From contig NW_026927380.1 in the NCBI RefSeq assembly GCF_032062105.1, positions 186,001 to 250,000 of the forward strand: DNA of 64,000 bases. The letters are read 5' to 3'. Below, piece after piece: positions 1 through 12,500 of this stretch (the first letter of the stretch is position 1; each line of letters opens with the position of its first letter). A program made the translations under genes and the position numbers. A model generated the notes under the pieces. It saw only the letters and a list, made by a program, of their open reading frames with translations, was not told the DNA's origin and ran no database searches. The DNA comes from Saccostrea cucullata. Taxonomy: Eukaryota.

Positions 1-691
1 TCAAATTGCCCCCTTTTTATTATGATAAATGTTAAGATGCTTAAAGCTGTCCACTGTTAGTGCCCCCTTTACACCTTTACACCTTTACATCTACTTATCA
101 AAGACTAGAATTAAAAAAAGAAACGAATTAATGATCTTAAACAATCGTCACTCTTTTTTCAAGACCCTTTTCTCTTTTATTTTATAAAAACCTCAAATAT
201 TTAAAACGTCAATATCTCATGTCCTGAAGTGACTATCATAAAAAAAGTTATCCAACCAGGATCTGTTATTTATCATACCGATTATTTGTGAGAATATTGA
301 TCAATCTTTACATTTTTTTTCAAAGTGCGTTAATATGTGTGCTATTACGCACTTTGAAATAAATAATTGGAGTTTTTCAAAGTGCGTTAGCTTGGTCCAA
401 AATTTAACGCACTTTGAAATTTTTTTTTTCAAATTGCGTAATTTTTCAAAGTGCGTTGTAACAGTGCCCTCTCAATAACCCCCCCCCCCCCAAAAAAAAA
501 AACTATACTACAGAAATATTAATACAAGCTAAATGATCTTGAAGAATTATCATTTTAGCATAAAAAGTTATATGGAAATTAGACCATAAACTGAAATGAG
601 TAGCACTTTGAAAAATTGTTGACGGACAGCTACCAACTTGTTTGTCGATAACTTTACTATACCCTTTTCTCTTGTCTCTGACCTGTGAACT

Positions 692-1710
692 AACAAGAGG
701 CCCATGGGCCTTATAGGTCACCCGCGTATCATGTAACCACTTGTAATACCAAAGTGCAGATGTCAAAGCATTAATTTTTTTCACAAAGATGAAAGCCAGT
801 ACCTCTTTAAAAAATTAACCATTTTGGAAAATGCTTTCTTCATCATAAATATGTATTAAGATCATTGGCATAATACACAGGAGCAAAGGAAAAGATTTTC
901 AAAGAATCATTCATGCATTTTCACTATATAAACATTAGAGCCCCCCCCCCCCATTACACAATAAGCCCTGACCCAGGGGCCCTGAAATTCACAAATTTCA
1001 AAGATCATAACTATGTACATAGTTCATTGGTTTAATAACCAGGTGCAGAAAAGAAGATTTTTAAAGAATTTATGCACTTTCACTATAGTCAATATATATA
1101 TAATCAATAGAGCCCCACCCTAACACCAGAACCCCTAACCCAGGGGCTATGAAATTCACAATTTTGAAAGAGGCAGTCTTATTCAACATAACTATGTATT
1201 GGTTAGTTTATTTAATAATCAGGAGCAGAGAAGAAAATTTTCAAAGAAATAATTTATTTTCACTATATAATGGTTATAGCACCGCCTTAGCACTAGAACC
1301 CCTGACCCTGGGGCCCTGAAATTCAGTTTTAGAAGAGGCAGCCTTATTCAACATAACTATACAAATGGTTAGTTTATTTAATTTTTAAAGAATTTATGCA
1401 TTTTCACTATATAATCTATATAGCCCTGCCCTGCCAATTTTGACCCTGGGACCACAAGATTCACAATTTTGAAAGAGGTAGCCTTATTCATCATACAAGT
1501 AACTATGTACATGGTTAGTTTATTTTTAAATGCCCATGAACAGAGAAGAAGAATTTCAAAGAATTTAGGCATTTTCACTATATAATCTATGTAGCCCCAC
1601 CCAAGAACTAGACCCCTGACCTTGGGGCCATGAAATTCAGAATTTTGAAAGAGGCAGCCATTTTCAACTTAGCTATGCTAACTAGTTGAGTTTACTCAGG
1701 TGACCTAAAA
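692..1710 (-). mobile_element. Non-autonomous Helentron/HINE-like element with ~5 internal tandem repeats of roughly 150-180 bp
   Basis: Terminal palindrome AGGCCCATGGGCCT next to AACAAG (692-711). Subterminal inverted motifs TAGGTCACC (714-722) and GGTGACCTA (1699-1707). A unit 'aaagatttt..aaagaa..tgcattttcactata..gaccc.ggggcc.tgaaattca' recurs near 890, 1055, 1235, 1385 and 1550. Confidence 0.75.
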
Positions 1711-1720
1711 ATCAGTTGCT

Positions 1721-2150
1721 TTAGTCCCCCGTTTTCACTGAAAGTGGGACATTAATTCGCATTTTTCTGTCACACTAAAGATTCTGTGCAATATCTCCAG
1801 AACCCTTTGAGCTTTTGCAATGAAATTTTACATAACAGATCCCTGTGACCTAAGCAAGATTCCTGTTGATTTTGAGATCAAAAAGTCAAAGTTGAAGGTC
1901 ATATATTCATAGATTCTGTCTGTTTTAACACTTTTGTTTCCCTTGGATATCTCGAGAAGACTTTGACTTTTTGCAATGAAATTCTACATACAACTCCCTG
2001 TGGCCTAAGGAAGAGCCCTATTAATTTTCAGGTCAAAAGGTCAAGGTCATAACTTCATAGATTCAGTTTGTGTGTAAATATTTCATTTCCGAGCGACTAG
2101 TCAAGAAGCTTTTGCAATGAAATTTTTATATCATAACTCCATATGGCCCC
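1721..2150. repeat. Degenerate repeat with ~150-bp internal tandem units (probable second HINE-type family)
   Basis: TTTTGCAATGAAATT followed by an AAGGTCAT motif recurs near 1813, 1970 and 2110, with related fragments at 2910-3320. Confidence 0.5.
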
Positions 2151-2272
2151 GCCTGAAAAAAATAAAACAGTAAATACAAGCTAAATGGTTCCGCACATAC
2201 TCTCTCATGAAGAAATATCAGAATTAGTTTGTTTCAATATGATTTGTCTTATTTCATTTTTAAACTGTAAAT

Positions 2273-2375
2273 CACAGGCAGTTGTTATGTACATGTATAT
2301 ACGGGGTACCCCTTGCATATTTTTACCATGTAAAAATAAGTAGGGGGTGCCCTATATATGAAACAATTGCTTGTG
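2273..2375. repeat. ~100-bp imperfect palindrome (small MITE-like hairpin)
   Basis: CACAGGCAGTTGTT...TATATACGGGGTACCCC...TATTTTTAC is mirrored by GTAAAAATA...GGGGGTGCCCTATATA...AACAATTGCTTGTG. Confidence 0.55.
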
Positions 2376-2434
2376 CTGTAAATACTTCATACAGTATGTC
2401 ATTATACTGCAAAAAGAAAACTCCAGTCAGTAAC

Positions 2435-3800
2435 CACATTACGTATTAATTAGCATCTAGATTTCAATGAAAACCACATATTTTACGACATATGCAACTA
2501 TCTATAATTTCTTGTCAGTGAAAGTATTGTTATTATTCTTAGCAATAGTAAATGTATTATGATTCTTACAAGTTACCACCAAGTCTATGTAATGAGTAAA
2601 TTAACATTCCTTCATCCATGCCACTACACAATAAATGGGTTCATTGGCAAAAATGCTCACCTATAAATTGGATGTCTCTCTATACAAAAACTCCTCTTGT
2701 GAATCACAGCCAAAAAGCAAATTTGTAAGGACAATTCATTAAATAACATTGACCAAGTGATCATCAGTTCTTATATATCACTAATGAAAAGAAACCGATC
2801 TTGATATTTTTTAGATCATTACAATTGTAAAAGTTATTATTTCTTAACATTATACACAACACTTGCTCAAAAGTAATTTTTGACTTCAATGTTCTCATCA
2901 AACAAAACTAGAACTCCCAGTGGCCTAAGGAAGACCCCCTATTAATTTTCACTTCAAAAGGTAAGTTTTTCATAACTAAAGATCATGTATCACACATGAA
3001 TTAAAAATTTTTTTCCAGTGACCTTGAAATTTTGCAATGAAATTTTATATCAAGGTCATGACATATGGCCCCTTGGGTCAGCCCCTTTGTGTGAAATGAG
3101 AACATACGCACATGTTTATCAATAAAAAAAGATGGGGGACACAGACTTTTTCTTCCAGTGACCTTGAACTTCCCCAATGATTTCAAGGTCTTGACACATT
3201 TCTGTTTGTCAATCTTTGTGTGAACATACTACCAAATTTATTTTTTTTAAAGTAAATATGGACATCATTATGAAAATTTTCTGCACAAGTGAAAACTTCC
3301 CCAAATGACCTTGGGTCATGGTTGACACACATTAAGTATTAATTAGCATGTAGATTTCAATGAAAACCACATATATAAAGACTTATGTAACCATCTATAA
3401 TATCTTGTTAGTATTGATATTATTCTTAGCACAAGTAAATGTATTATGATTCTTACCAGTGTTACAACAAAGTCTATGTAATGAGTAAATTGACATTCCT
3501 TAATACCACTACACAATAAATGGGTTCATTGGCAAAATTGCTCAACTATAAATTGGATGTCTCTCAAACAAAAACTCCCACAGCCAAATAGCAAATTTGG
3601 ACCGGACACGAATTCATTAACTTTAACATTCCAGTGACCATCACTTCCCCATATACCTTGGGTCAAAAAGACACACTAAGGTCATTGCAATCTTTGTGTT
3701 TTTTAAAGATCATTATAATTGTAAAAGTTGTTATTTCTTAACATTATTCACAATACTTGCTAAAAAGTAATTTTTACTTCCATTTTCTCATCAAACAAAA
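2435..3800. repeat. Local direct duplication of ~470 bp (2435-2907 and 3328-3800) downstream of CNPPD1
   Basis: Both copies run from CACATTA.GTATTAATTAGCAT.TAGATTTCAATGAAAACCACATA to TTCTCATCAAACAAAA, with long identical blocks such as CCACTACACAATAAATGGGTTCATTGGCAAAA. Confidence 0.85.
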
Positions 3801-4204
3801 TAAAGCACCTTGCCACTGAACTGAGCCATTTACAGTACTATTGGCTGAAATATTAGTCTTATTTGACCAAAACAAGTAAATATTCAAGAGTTAAAATGTA
3901 TCCATTAATAGTTCCATGGCAGTCCTTGGGAGTTTTTGCTTGATTTTGAATTCAATACAATGTGAATTCTGGCTTTTCAACCTTTTATGCAACAGTAGAA
4001 AAACTTTTTTAAAATACCACATCAACAAATATATGCTTGAAAATATACCAGTAAATTTATTTCAAAAATTTTCAGAATTTAAAGCTTTGGTTAAAATAAA
4101 ATAAATTTTAACAAAATGAGTATTGGAAATATTTGTTCGAAACAGTTTTAAAATATTTGGAGAACTTTTGTCATAAATCATAATTCACTAAAAAAATATT
4201 AAAT

Positions 4205-7200
4205 TCAAGTCCCAAAAAGTGGAATTGGAGTTAACATCGTACGAAAGCCTAGAGATATGTCCGCGAAACCATTCATCACTAGAGACCTATCCAAATCTGC
4301 AGTCACATGATCACAACAGCATGAGATGTCCAAGTGTCCATCTAAAGTCCAGTCACCAACCGTTTCCCTGGTATCACAGAATCGGTCCGGTCTCCCAAAG
4401 TCCAAAGTCTTCCCAGCCTCACAATGCTTACACCGTGTATCAGTTCGCCTTTGTTCATAGTCCTTTTGAGTCCATAGAGAATTGATCAGCCAGTTGCCTT
4501 GTGGTGTGGATACATTCTTACAGTTAATATTTTGTCCACTAAACAAACATGGACCTTTGGCACACACCATTTGATTTGAACTGGTTTGTGGAAGATCAGG
4601 TATCGTAAACAAAACAATGTCCTTGACCAAACTGAACAAATTCATTCCCTCGCCTTCTACGTTGGATGTGTCCTTTGTCTGTTCATTGTCCAAGCCGTTT
4701 CCAACCCCAGTAGAGTTACCATCTGAATTAGCAGACTTTTTAGCACCAGTTGTTTTTTCAGAGAGTACAGGATGTGACAAAGACAATATTGAGGGTAGAG
4801 TCAAGAGAGTCCATAATGACGAAAAAGCTCCGTCCAGCACCTTTGGTTTGTTTTCTTCAATTGTAACAGTTTCCATCTTTTCCTGAGTGATTTCCTGACT
4901 GGGACTAGACACAGGCACATTGTTCAAGGTCGGAAGCATGGAGTGCTCCTTAACGGGGAGGCCAATGGGGGTCAGAGTAGCCAGGGTAGACAGAGTTGTG
5001 GTGACCAGGAGGGTAGAACCCACCACGGTTAAAAGTCCAGCCACATAAGCTACCATTGACACTGCCAACATCTGGAAAAAAAGATTATGATTAATTTGGG
5101 GGACAAAATACTTAAAAGAACAATTTAAATGCCTTTGAAGTCAGTTATACACAAGACTCAGGTGTTAGAATTTTCCTCATCTATATTGACATAATTTTCC
5201 AGTTATTCTGGCATTGTCCCTTCAATCCTCATCAGGGGAGGAATCTAAGGCAACCTTCTACTTTTAAAATGCCCTGTCTATTTCAATTTTTTATGGAAAA
5301 CTTTGAGTCAGGGTGATTTAAATAATCCTGATTTTTAAGTCATTGCACACCAGAGCGTGTGTTTTGCAAAATTACAGAAATGCATAGAAAATATTTCCTT
5401 TGTCATAACTATCTCTACTGGGGTTTATGCTTACCTTGGGCACCAGAGCAGATAATCCTGTAAAGGTCTGTAGGAGTTGTGGGTCTTGGCTGATTGCCCA
5501 TAAATCTGTGTAGGAGAACCACCCTCTTTCAAGTCCCTGGTTAAGTGCAATCCTATAATAAAATGTACAGATTAATTATAAATCAATAAAGTTTTTCATC
5601 AGCAGATGATTTGTCTTTTCAGTTATTGTTAGTTACTTTCAAAAATGTGTTGAACTTTGACAAGAATATCTCCAAAAACATAGGTATAAATCAATATTAC
5701 AAAGCTCTTTTCTGTAAATGTTTTCAACTATCAGTAACTTACAGTAACTAGATTTACCATAACATATCAATGATTAAGAGACATTGGCACCCCAAAAATT
5801 TCTCTATCATTGTTTTGAAATATATATCTAGAAACAAAACTACAGAAACCAAATATATATCATCACAAGAACCTTGTCATTCTTTCAGAAGAGCTAGAAT
5901 ATAAATTATAATTATCTCATTTTTCACATTACATGTATATCAATCAAAAACACGGACCCCTAACTAGTGGTGACTAATAATTCAAAGAAGTAGCTCAAAA
6001 TATAATTTGCATTTTTATAAGTAAAAATAGATCAGAAAGCCTCAAATACAAACCGTCTTTCCACTTGTTGTAGCACCTGATAGAATTCTGTTTCATTTAC
6101 ATACAACTGCCAGTCCTACAACCAAAGGAAAAGAATATTTTATACACAAACATTTCCCTTATTTGTTCAACTAATTCAACTAAAAGAAAATATCTTCAGT
6201 AGGTAAGTTTTGCTTACAATTGCCGATAGGAATTTCCGTTCCATTTCATTGATGTCCTCGGTTTCCAGGTCTGCTGAGGCTGCCCATTCATCATTAAATA
6301 CTTCATCCTCAACACCTTCATCATACAGAAACTTGGAAGCCATCATCTACAAAATTTTGATTACAGTCAGTGTTTACTGTATTGAAAATAAGCCATATCC
6401 TCTACAAAATTTCCATTGAATATTGCATTGCAGGTTTGAACAATTGGTAAGATTCTGTTGTTGTCTCCCTTCCCTTGACAGCTAGAGTGCATTACAAGCA
6501 TTTAAACAAGGACCATCCTACATTATTTACCAGTGATTGGGAAGGGCTTGCGCCACGCGCCATAGTCGCAATGAAGTGAAAAATGGCGCATTAAATCAAT
6601 TAATCATGGCGCCAAGGTGCGCATTCCATTTTTAGCGATTTATATGAAAATTTTGTGTACGACTTTCTTTCTTGTTTTACTTTCGTTTTGAATGCAAAAT
6701 TTAAAACAATAAATCTCATTGGTTGATATGTCAAAAAGTACAAACGGTTCACACACATGAGGTACAAAATATTTTTTTAAATTGATTTGAGCTTATTATG
6801 TTAGATTCGTTCCTGTATTGTAATGTGATAAACGGGCAAACATAGTGCATTTAATAGGAACAATCTAGAGAAGATGTAAACATGGCAGGTAATTTGAATT
6901 GCGACAAAAACGTTGAAAATTAATTGGATTTTCGTATTTTTATGGATTATTTTTTGGGATAAAAGGCATAAGCAATCTCAAGAAGGTTTGTTTTGATTAT
7001 TTTGGTAGTTATTCCCAGTGCAAATCATTTTATATTCTTCAAAATGGTTGACATGCAAGAATGTACATTACAAGTACAATATACTGTGGTGAGGGCCTGT
7101 ACCGAGACACAGTTAGATTATTCTAACTAGAGGTACAATACTTCATTCATTTGTATGGTAGGGCTGTTCCCTTTCCAAAACTGTCGTAATTTTATCACAA

Positions 7201-9391
7201 AATACAGGTCTGGTATATTCTAAGCAAGCTCCTTTGAATTTGCTGCATTTCATGCGTTAAAAATCGGATTTGGTTAATTAAAAACGTGTTTTCTCTCGTA
7301 CCTCATATCTGTTTGTCAGTTTGTTATTTCTTAAAATGGCCCTTCAGATTATATTTATGGCCCATTTATTTTCGAAATGGCCCATCAAAAATATTAAGTA
7401 TTGACCATTTTGGCCTTCCCAATCACTGATTTACTATTTTTTTTGTGTGTATTCATAAAAACTTACATTTACATTTGAATTCAGGAATCTCAAAATTTGA
7501 TATCTCAAATGCCATGGTTTTATCAAAGCGAGAATAAAATAAGCCCTATTTCTTACACCCAGATAAATGATGAAGTTTTTATCTGTCATTAAAAACTAAA
7601 TGAGGTTTGAATCATATTTGTAAACAAACATACCATAGAAATCAGGAAGAGGTCAGAGGAAGACACTTGCTGCATGTAGTCAGGCTTCTTCTTCTTCAGT
7701 CTGTTCACGTATATCATCCCCATCATCATCGAACATGGTGACATGCAAGAATGTCTGAAATCAAAATTCTGGCCATTAAACACTTCTTAGTGGTACATGT
7801 ATAAAAACAGTTGCCCTGACATAAACAGGAATGAATGATGGACAGGTCAAAATTGTTAGTGTGTGCATTATGTCACTCTTACTTAATTGAAAATTTCAAA
7901 ATGCCTATTAAAATATTTCATCCAAACTTGACAAGAATAGATTTATAGAACTGCCACTGAAGTTTCTTATTAATTGTGCATCTCGGATAATTAAGTACAA
8001 AAACTTCACTTTACAAATAATTGTAACTGTTTTAAAAGAAATTGATTACCGGTACATGGAAATTTGGTGAATTAAGTAAACCTAGCTCTCACACCCCTGA
8101 TAAAATACTAACTCTCAGTGAACCATGCTACATGTACATATCTCTAAGAAAAAAAAGAATTTACAAACAACAAACCTGGCACTAGAAGCTGCAAAATAGT
8201 GATCAATCTTCCCAAGTTTCTTTGGCACTGAGGCATTCAGGAAATCCACAGTCAGGTCTGTGATGAAAACAGAAAAGTAGTTATAGCAACAAAGTTTGTC
8301 ACTCCAAGTCAAAATTGCTGTAGTGTATATTACTATTACTACTGAAATGAGAATACCCTCCCACCTGTCCACAGAAAGTCCATAATTCTTGCTCCCAAAC
8401 AAAGAAGGAAAGAAATATGCTTACACAAAAATGGACATTAAAAATTCACACACTGTGCCCAATGAAGGGTTAAATTGACAAAGGTAGAGAAAGTTAAATT
8501 TAACAGAATCTGGTTGATGATAAATCATCAGAGTATCTTAAATACAAATCAAGTAAGGCAAGATGTGCAAAACATTGTTCATGCACTCTTTTGATGATGC
8601 TTGGGCAGACCTGAGTTATACATAACCATGATAAATCTAGTATTAACTGATCTCGCCCTGATGGTTGCACCTAAAGCTGCATTACTTATCAAAGTAAATC
8701 ATGTCTACTTCATTATCATGATTATTACTGAAAATCATTTAAAAAAATTGAGGCCAAGACTGTTTACATATAGGACTTACACACAAAAAGTTTATGATTG
8801 TCTCAAACTCAATCTAGTTACAAATCAATCCTGTATCTCCCTGGTTTTGTTATGTCACTCACAACACTGTATGGCGACATAACAAAATACAGGAGCATAA
8901 AGGATCTAATTTCATTAGATTATCTAAAACTACGAAATTGAATTATATACTTTTCAATGACTCTATCGTAAAATCAAAATCAAACATTATTCTGACTCTC
9001 TACCTCTAACTTTATCAATGTGTCAATAGATAAATAGATGTAAACTAAATATACTTGTAAGGGGAAGAGATGGGCGGTCTGTGGTTGGTCGTTTTCCATA
9101 ATAAAGAGTTTTCCTTAGTCTCTCAGATAATTCCTCGTGGTCCTGTGAATATAAATATACCAATTACATGAAGTTAAATCATATATATTAACAGTATTTA
9201 AAAAATTGAAATATTGGTTATGAGCCAAAAACTGTTTATTATCATGGTATTTCGTAGCCAAGGGCAAATTCCACATAAAACATTAAGCTTTGTCATGCTA
9301 TACGATTAATTTTCCTTACCTGAAGTTCGGTGTTTTCGAAATCATTGTATCCATCGTGTCCCCGTAGGAAGGGGAAATGGAAAGCAGACAT
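4205..9391 (-). CDS. CNPPD1: CNPPD1 (cyclin Pas1/PHO80 domain-containing protein 1), 8 coding exons
   Basis: Exons 9320-9391, 9055-9142, 8176-8257, 7634-7754, 6218-6346, 6054-6115, 5435-5552 and 4205-5071 have GT-AG boundaries and compatible phases. Conserved peptides: [93 protein letters not shown]. A hydrophobic segment opens the last exon. Confidence 0.93.
6531..7428. mobile_element. Non-autonomous DNA transposon (898 bp) with 15-bp TIRs and 6-bp TSD, in CNPPD1 intron 4
   Basis: TIR CAGTGATTGGGAAGG / CCTTCCCAATCACTG. ATTTAC flanks both ends (6525-6530 and 7429-7434). Confidence 0.85.
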
Positions 9392-9581
9392 ATTCCCCTC
9401 TTTGTGACCAGTTCAGGCAGTTACACCAGTTTTAGGTAACACTTTGGATGGTGCGAAATAGATCCGCGCGAGAGCAAGGTGTGGCGAGATCTCGAACGAG
9501 ACTTCAGTGTTAAAAATGGCGACGGTGATTCATAAATGAGGAAAATGACAGATGAAATTCATTGCATGAATTTAGCATAAT
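9392..9581. promoter_or_regulatory. Compact bidirectional promoter shared by CNPPD1 and DIP2
   Basis: Divergent ATGs at 9391 (-) and 9582 (+). Locally CpG-rich. YY1-like AAAATGGCG at 9513-9521. Palindrome CGAGATCTCG at 9485-9494 and a CGCGAGA motif near 9467. Confidence 0.75.
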
Positions 9582-12500
9582 ATGATGGCGGATAAAACAG
9601 TTGACATATCTCGTCTTCCAGAAGATGTCAGACAAAAACTTGAAGAGCTTGATATAGAGCTTGCAGAAGGTAACTCCATTATCTGATTGATTTCTATTGT
9701 TCGCAATGCTTTTTCATAGTTTATTGATGTTCATTTTGTGCTACTGTTTATACAAATTTACAGCCCAGCCAATCTTCTTTTTCACTAGAGAGCATAAAAT
9801 CAAATGAGAAAATTTGGGAATTGAAATGGCAGTGAATTTTTATGTTAAAATTTATAGATTTTTTTGTATTTTTATAGATTTGTTTACATTATGGTCACTT
9901 TTTAACATGTGAAAAGTCGCAAAAAATGTATGTCGGGTTTTAATGTCATACTTTAACAGTAATGCAGGCAACTTATTTGTTATGAGATCAAGAATAAATC
10001 ATTTGTCTTAATCATTCTTTTTAAGAAATACAAACAAAAATGTTATTCGATCCTTACACCTGAATCTCAATGTGTCACAAAAAATCAATTTATTGACCAC
10101 AGACATCATTGTTGCATAAATTGCATGTACTGATGGGTTTTTATTTATAGAGCAAGTTCCTGGCATGAAGTTGTCTAAAAGTTAAAGCTACTCACTTTTC
10201 AATTCTCTAATGATATTCTTAAAAGGAGGCTTTGTTTTGAGAATGAAATATCTGGTACGAAACATGACTTCTTTATAAACAGGTGTCCTCTTATGTGTTT
10301 TCACTACAAATGGGTTTAACTGTATAAATTATACATCATTGGTGAAAGCATTAAGTGTAGTTAGTTATACAATCATCAAGAGATTTAAAGAATAGATTGG
10401 AGAGAAAAAAACTGCATAGATTAACAATTACATGTACATTAGGCCAAAATAAAAAATATTAAAAGTTTTTATTACATTTTCATTTTTGGGGTGACACTAA
10501 AATTTTAAAGTCAACCAACAATATTTACAATACATCACAAGTGTACAGGATACCTTTACTTTATAAATCTTCATTACCAAACTTGCTCTGTAAACTGCAA
10601 ACATATCATTTTCTTGTTATTACATGAAATATGTTTGCATCCATTGAGGTTTCAATATAAAATTTTTTCTCAAAATAAAATACCTACCTACCCTAATAAA
10701 AATTTTCTTTTGGCCTTATAAAAGGGACACATGACATGTCATATCAATGCTCTCATTGCTCTGATATTAAATTATTTTTAAAACATAATAAAAATTTGGG
10801 ATAAATGAGAATATAACATATATAAGGAAAATGGATTAAAAGCATAGAATTTTTAGTTAATCAATTACTAAAATAATATTATTTCAAAGTAATCTCAATA
10901 CATGCAAAAATGCTTTAAAAACATCGATGTAACCTCAGATTTTGCCAGGAAATCAGATCAAGGCATGATTGATTTAGTTTGGAAGCAGAAAGTGTAGGTT
11001 AAAACATTATTGTGAGAAACATGGTTCTACTTTGTTGATTGCTCAAAAAACTTTGAAAATTAGTGGAGAATCCTCCTGCTGGCAAGTCATTGAAGAAAAA
11101 GAGAAACATTCATACAATAATTAGCATTATTAGTTTGTATAATTTGGAAAAGGGTATTTAAATACAACACAGATTTCCAAAATAATCTTTAGTTATAATT
11201 GATCTCTGTAGTTTGGTGCATCAATGCATTTTTATTTTTTGGATGTTCTACTGTGTGATTGCACACTTTGACAGGAGTTGTAAAAATCAGGGTTTAAGTG
11301 GATACAATCTGCATTATCCAGCAATTATAGTTGTTTTTGTGTCATTATGTTTTTTAAAATTTTGTCATTTTAAGATAATTATTCATAGTTTTAATGTGAG
11401 GGTTAGAAATAAACACACAATTGCTTTTAAAGGCCTATCTAAAGAAAGATTCCAAATTCTCATGAATTGGATCTTTGATATTGGTATGTTCTGATCATTA
11501 TTGACTATACAGGCACATTGTTTTATCCTTATAATGTGATCAGAACTAGTGTGATTCAGATGTACAGGGATGTAGGCATGCAGTATTCATCACCCACTGT
11601 CCATCTGTACACATCTGCTTGGAATGATGTTACTCAGTTTATGCAAATAAAGAATCATACTTTAAAACACATCACAAATTTCAGATGAATGTTAAAGACC
11701 AAGGATCATATGTATGGGCTATTTATGCATGGAAGCAATATTAGGTCATAAATTATTCATAATTAAAGGTTGAAAATCAATGTGGGAAAATTTTTATACT
11801 GTGTTGTTGTAGCTGTATAATAAGTAGGTCACCCAAAGTAAATAGAGTTGTGGCTGTAACCACAATATTTACAGAACTGTAGGACTACTGGTAGAATGTC
11901 ATGACTCATATCAAGTCAGGAGGAAAGTGGTCAGCATGTTATTTGCTCGAAATTTAAAAGGGTCCACGGCCACTTCGCACATACATAAAAATCCTCCTAC
12001 CACGAGATGAAAGATAATTTTTTTTTGTGTGTGTTGTCGGGGGCTAGGGTCAGGCAGGCACAAACTTTTTACCAGTTATAAAAATTCAGGAAATTAAATG
12101 GGAGAGCTAGAACTACTTGAGATCAATGAAGGCACGTAGTTACACAACACCGGCAAGAAATGAGAAACATATGACTAGGGCTGGGTATTACACGATATAC
12201 GATATTTTAAACTGTATTGCGATATGTATTGCAATATTTTCAATTGATAAAAATAGCATTTTCTTACTATATTTACTTTAAAATGCAGAATGAGTAACCA
12301 AACATGTTGATTTCAAAGATGTCTGAAATGTTACCACAAAACAACTTCTGACTTACTGTTTGGCTTAATAAAAACTTTCATCCAATCCATTAATATTGCC
12401 AATATATCGATATTACAAAATCGTATTGCGATACGATATTTTTTGTCATTGTATTGCAATATATTGAAATATCGATATTATTGCCCAGCCCTACATATGA

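Noticed and set aside
4219-4886. Plus-strand ORFs 4219-4485 and 4617-4886
   Set aside because: They are antisense shadows of the CNPPD1 last exon with no recognisable product.
5410-5432. TAC TGG GGT TTA (YWGL) as a possible displaced copy of the missing DIP2 exon
   Set aside because: There is no upstream TDEVGEI-like coding or suitable acceptor. It lies in a CNPPD1 intron and is a chance match.
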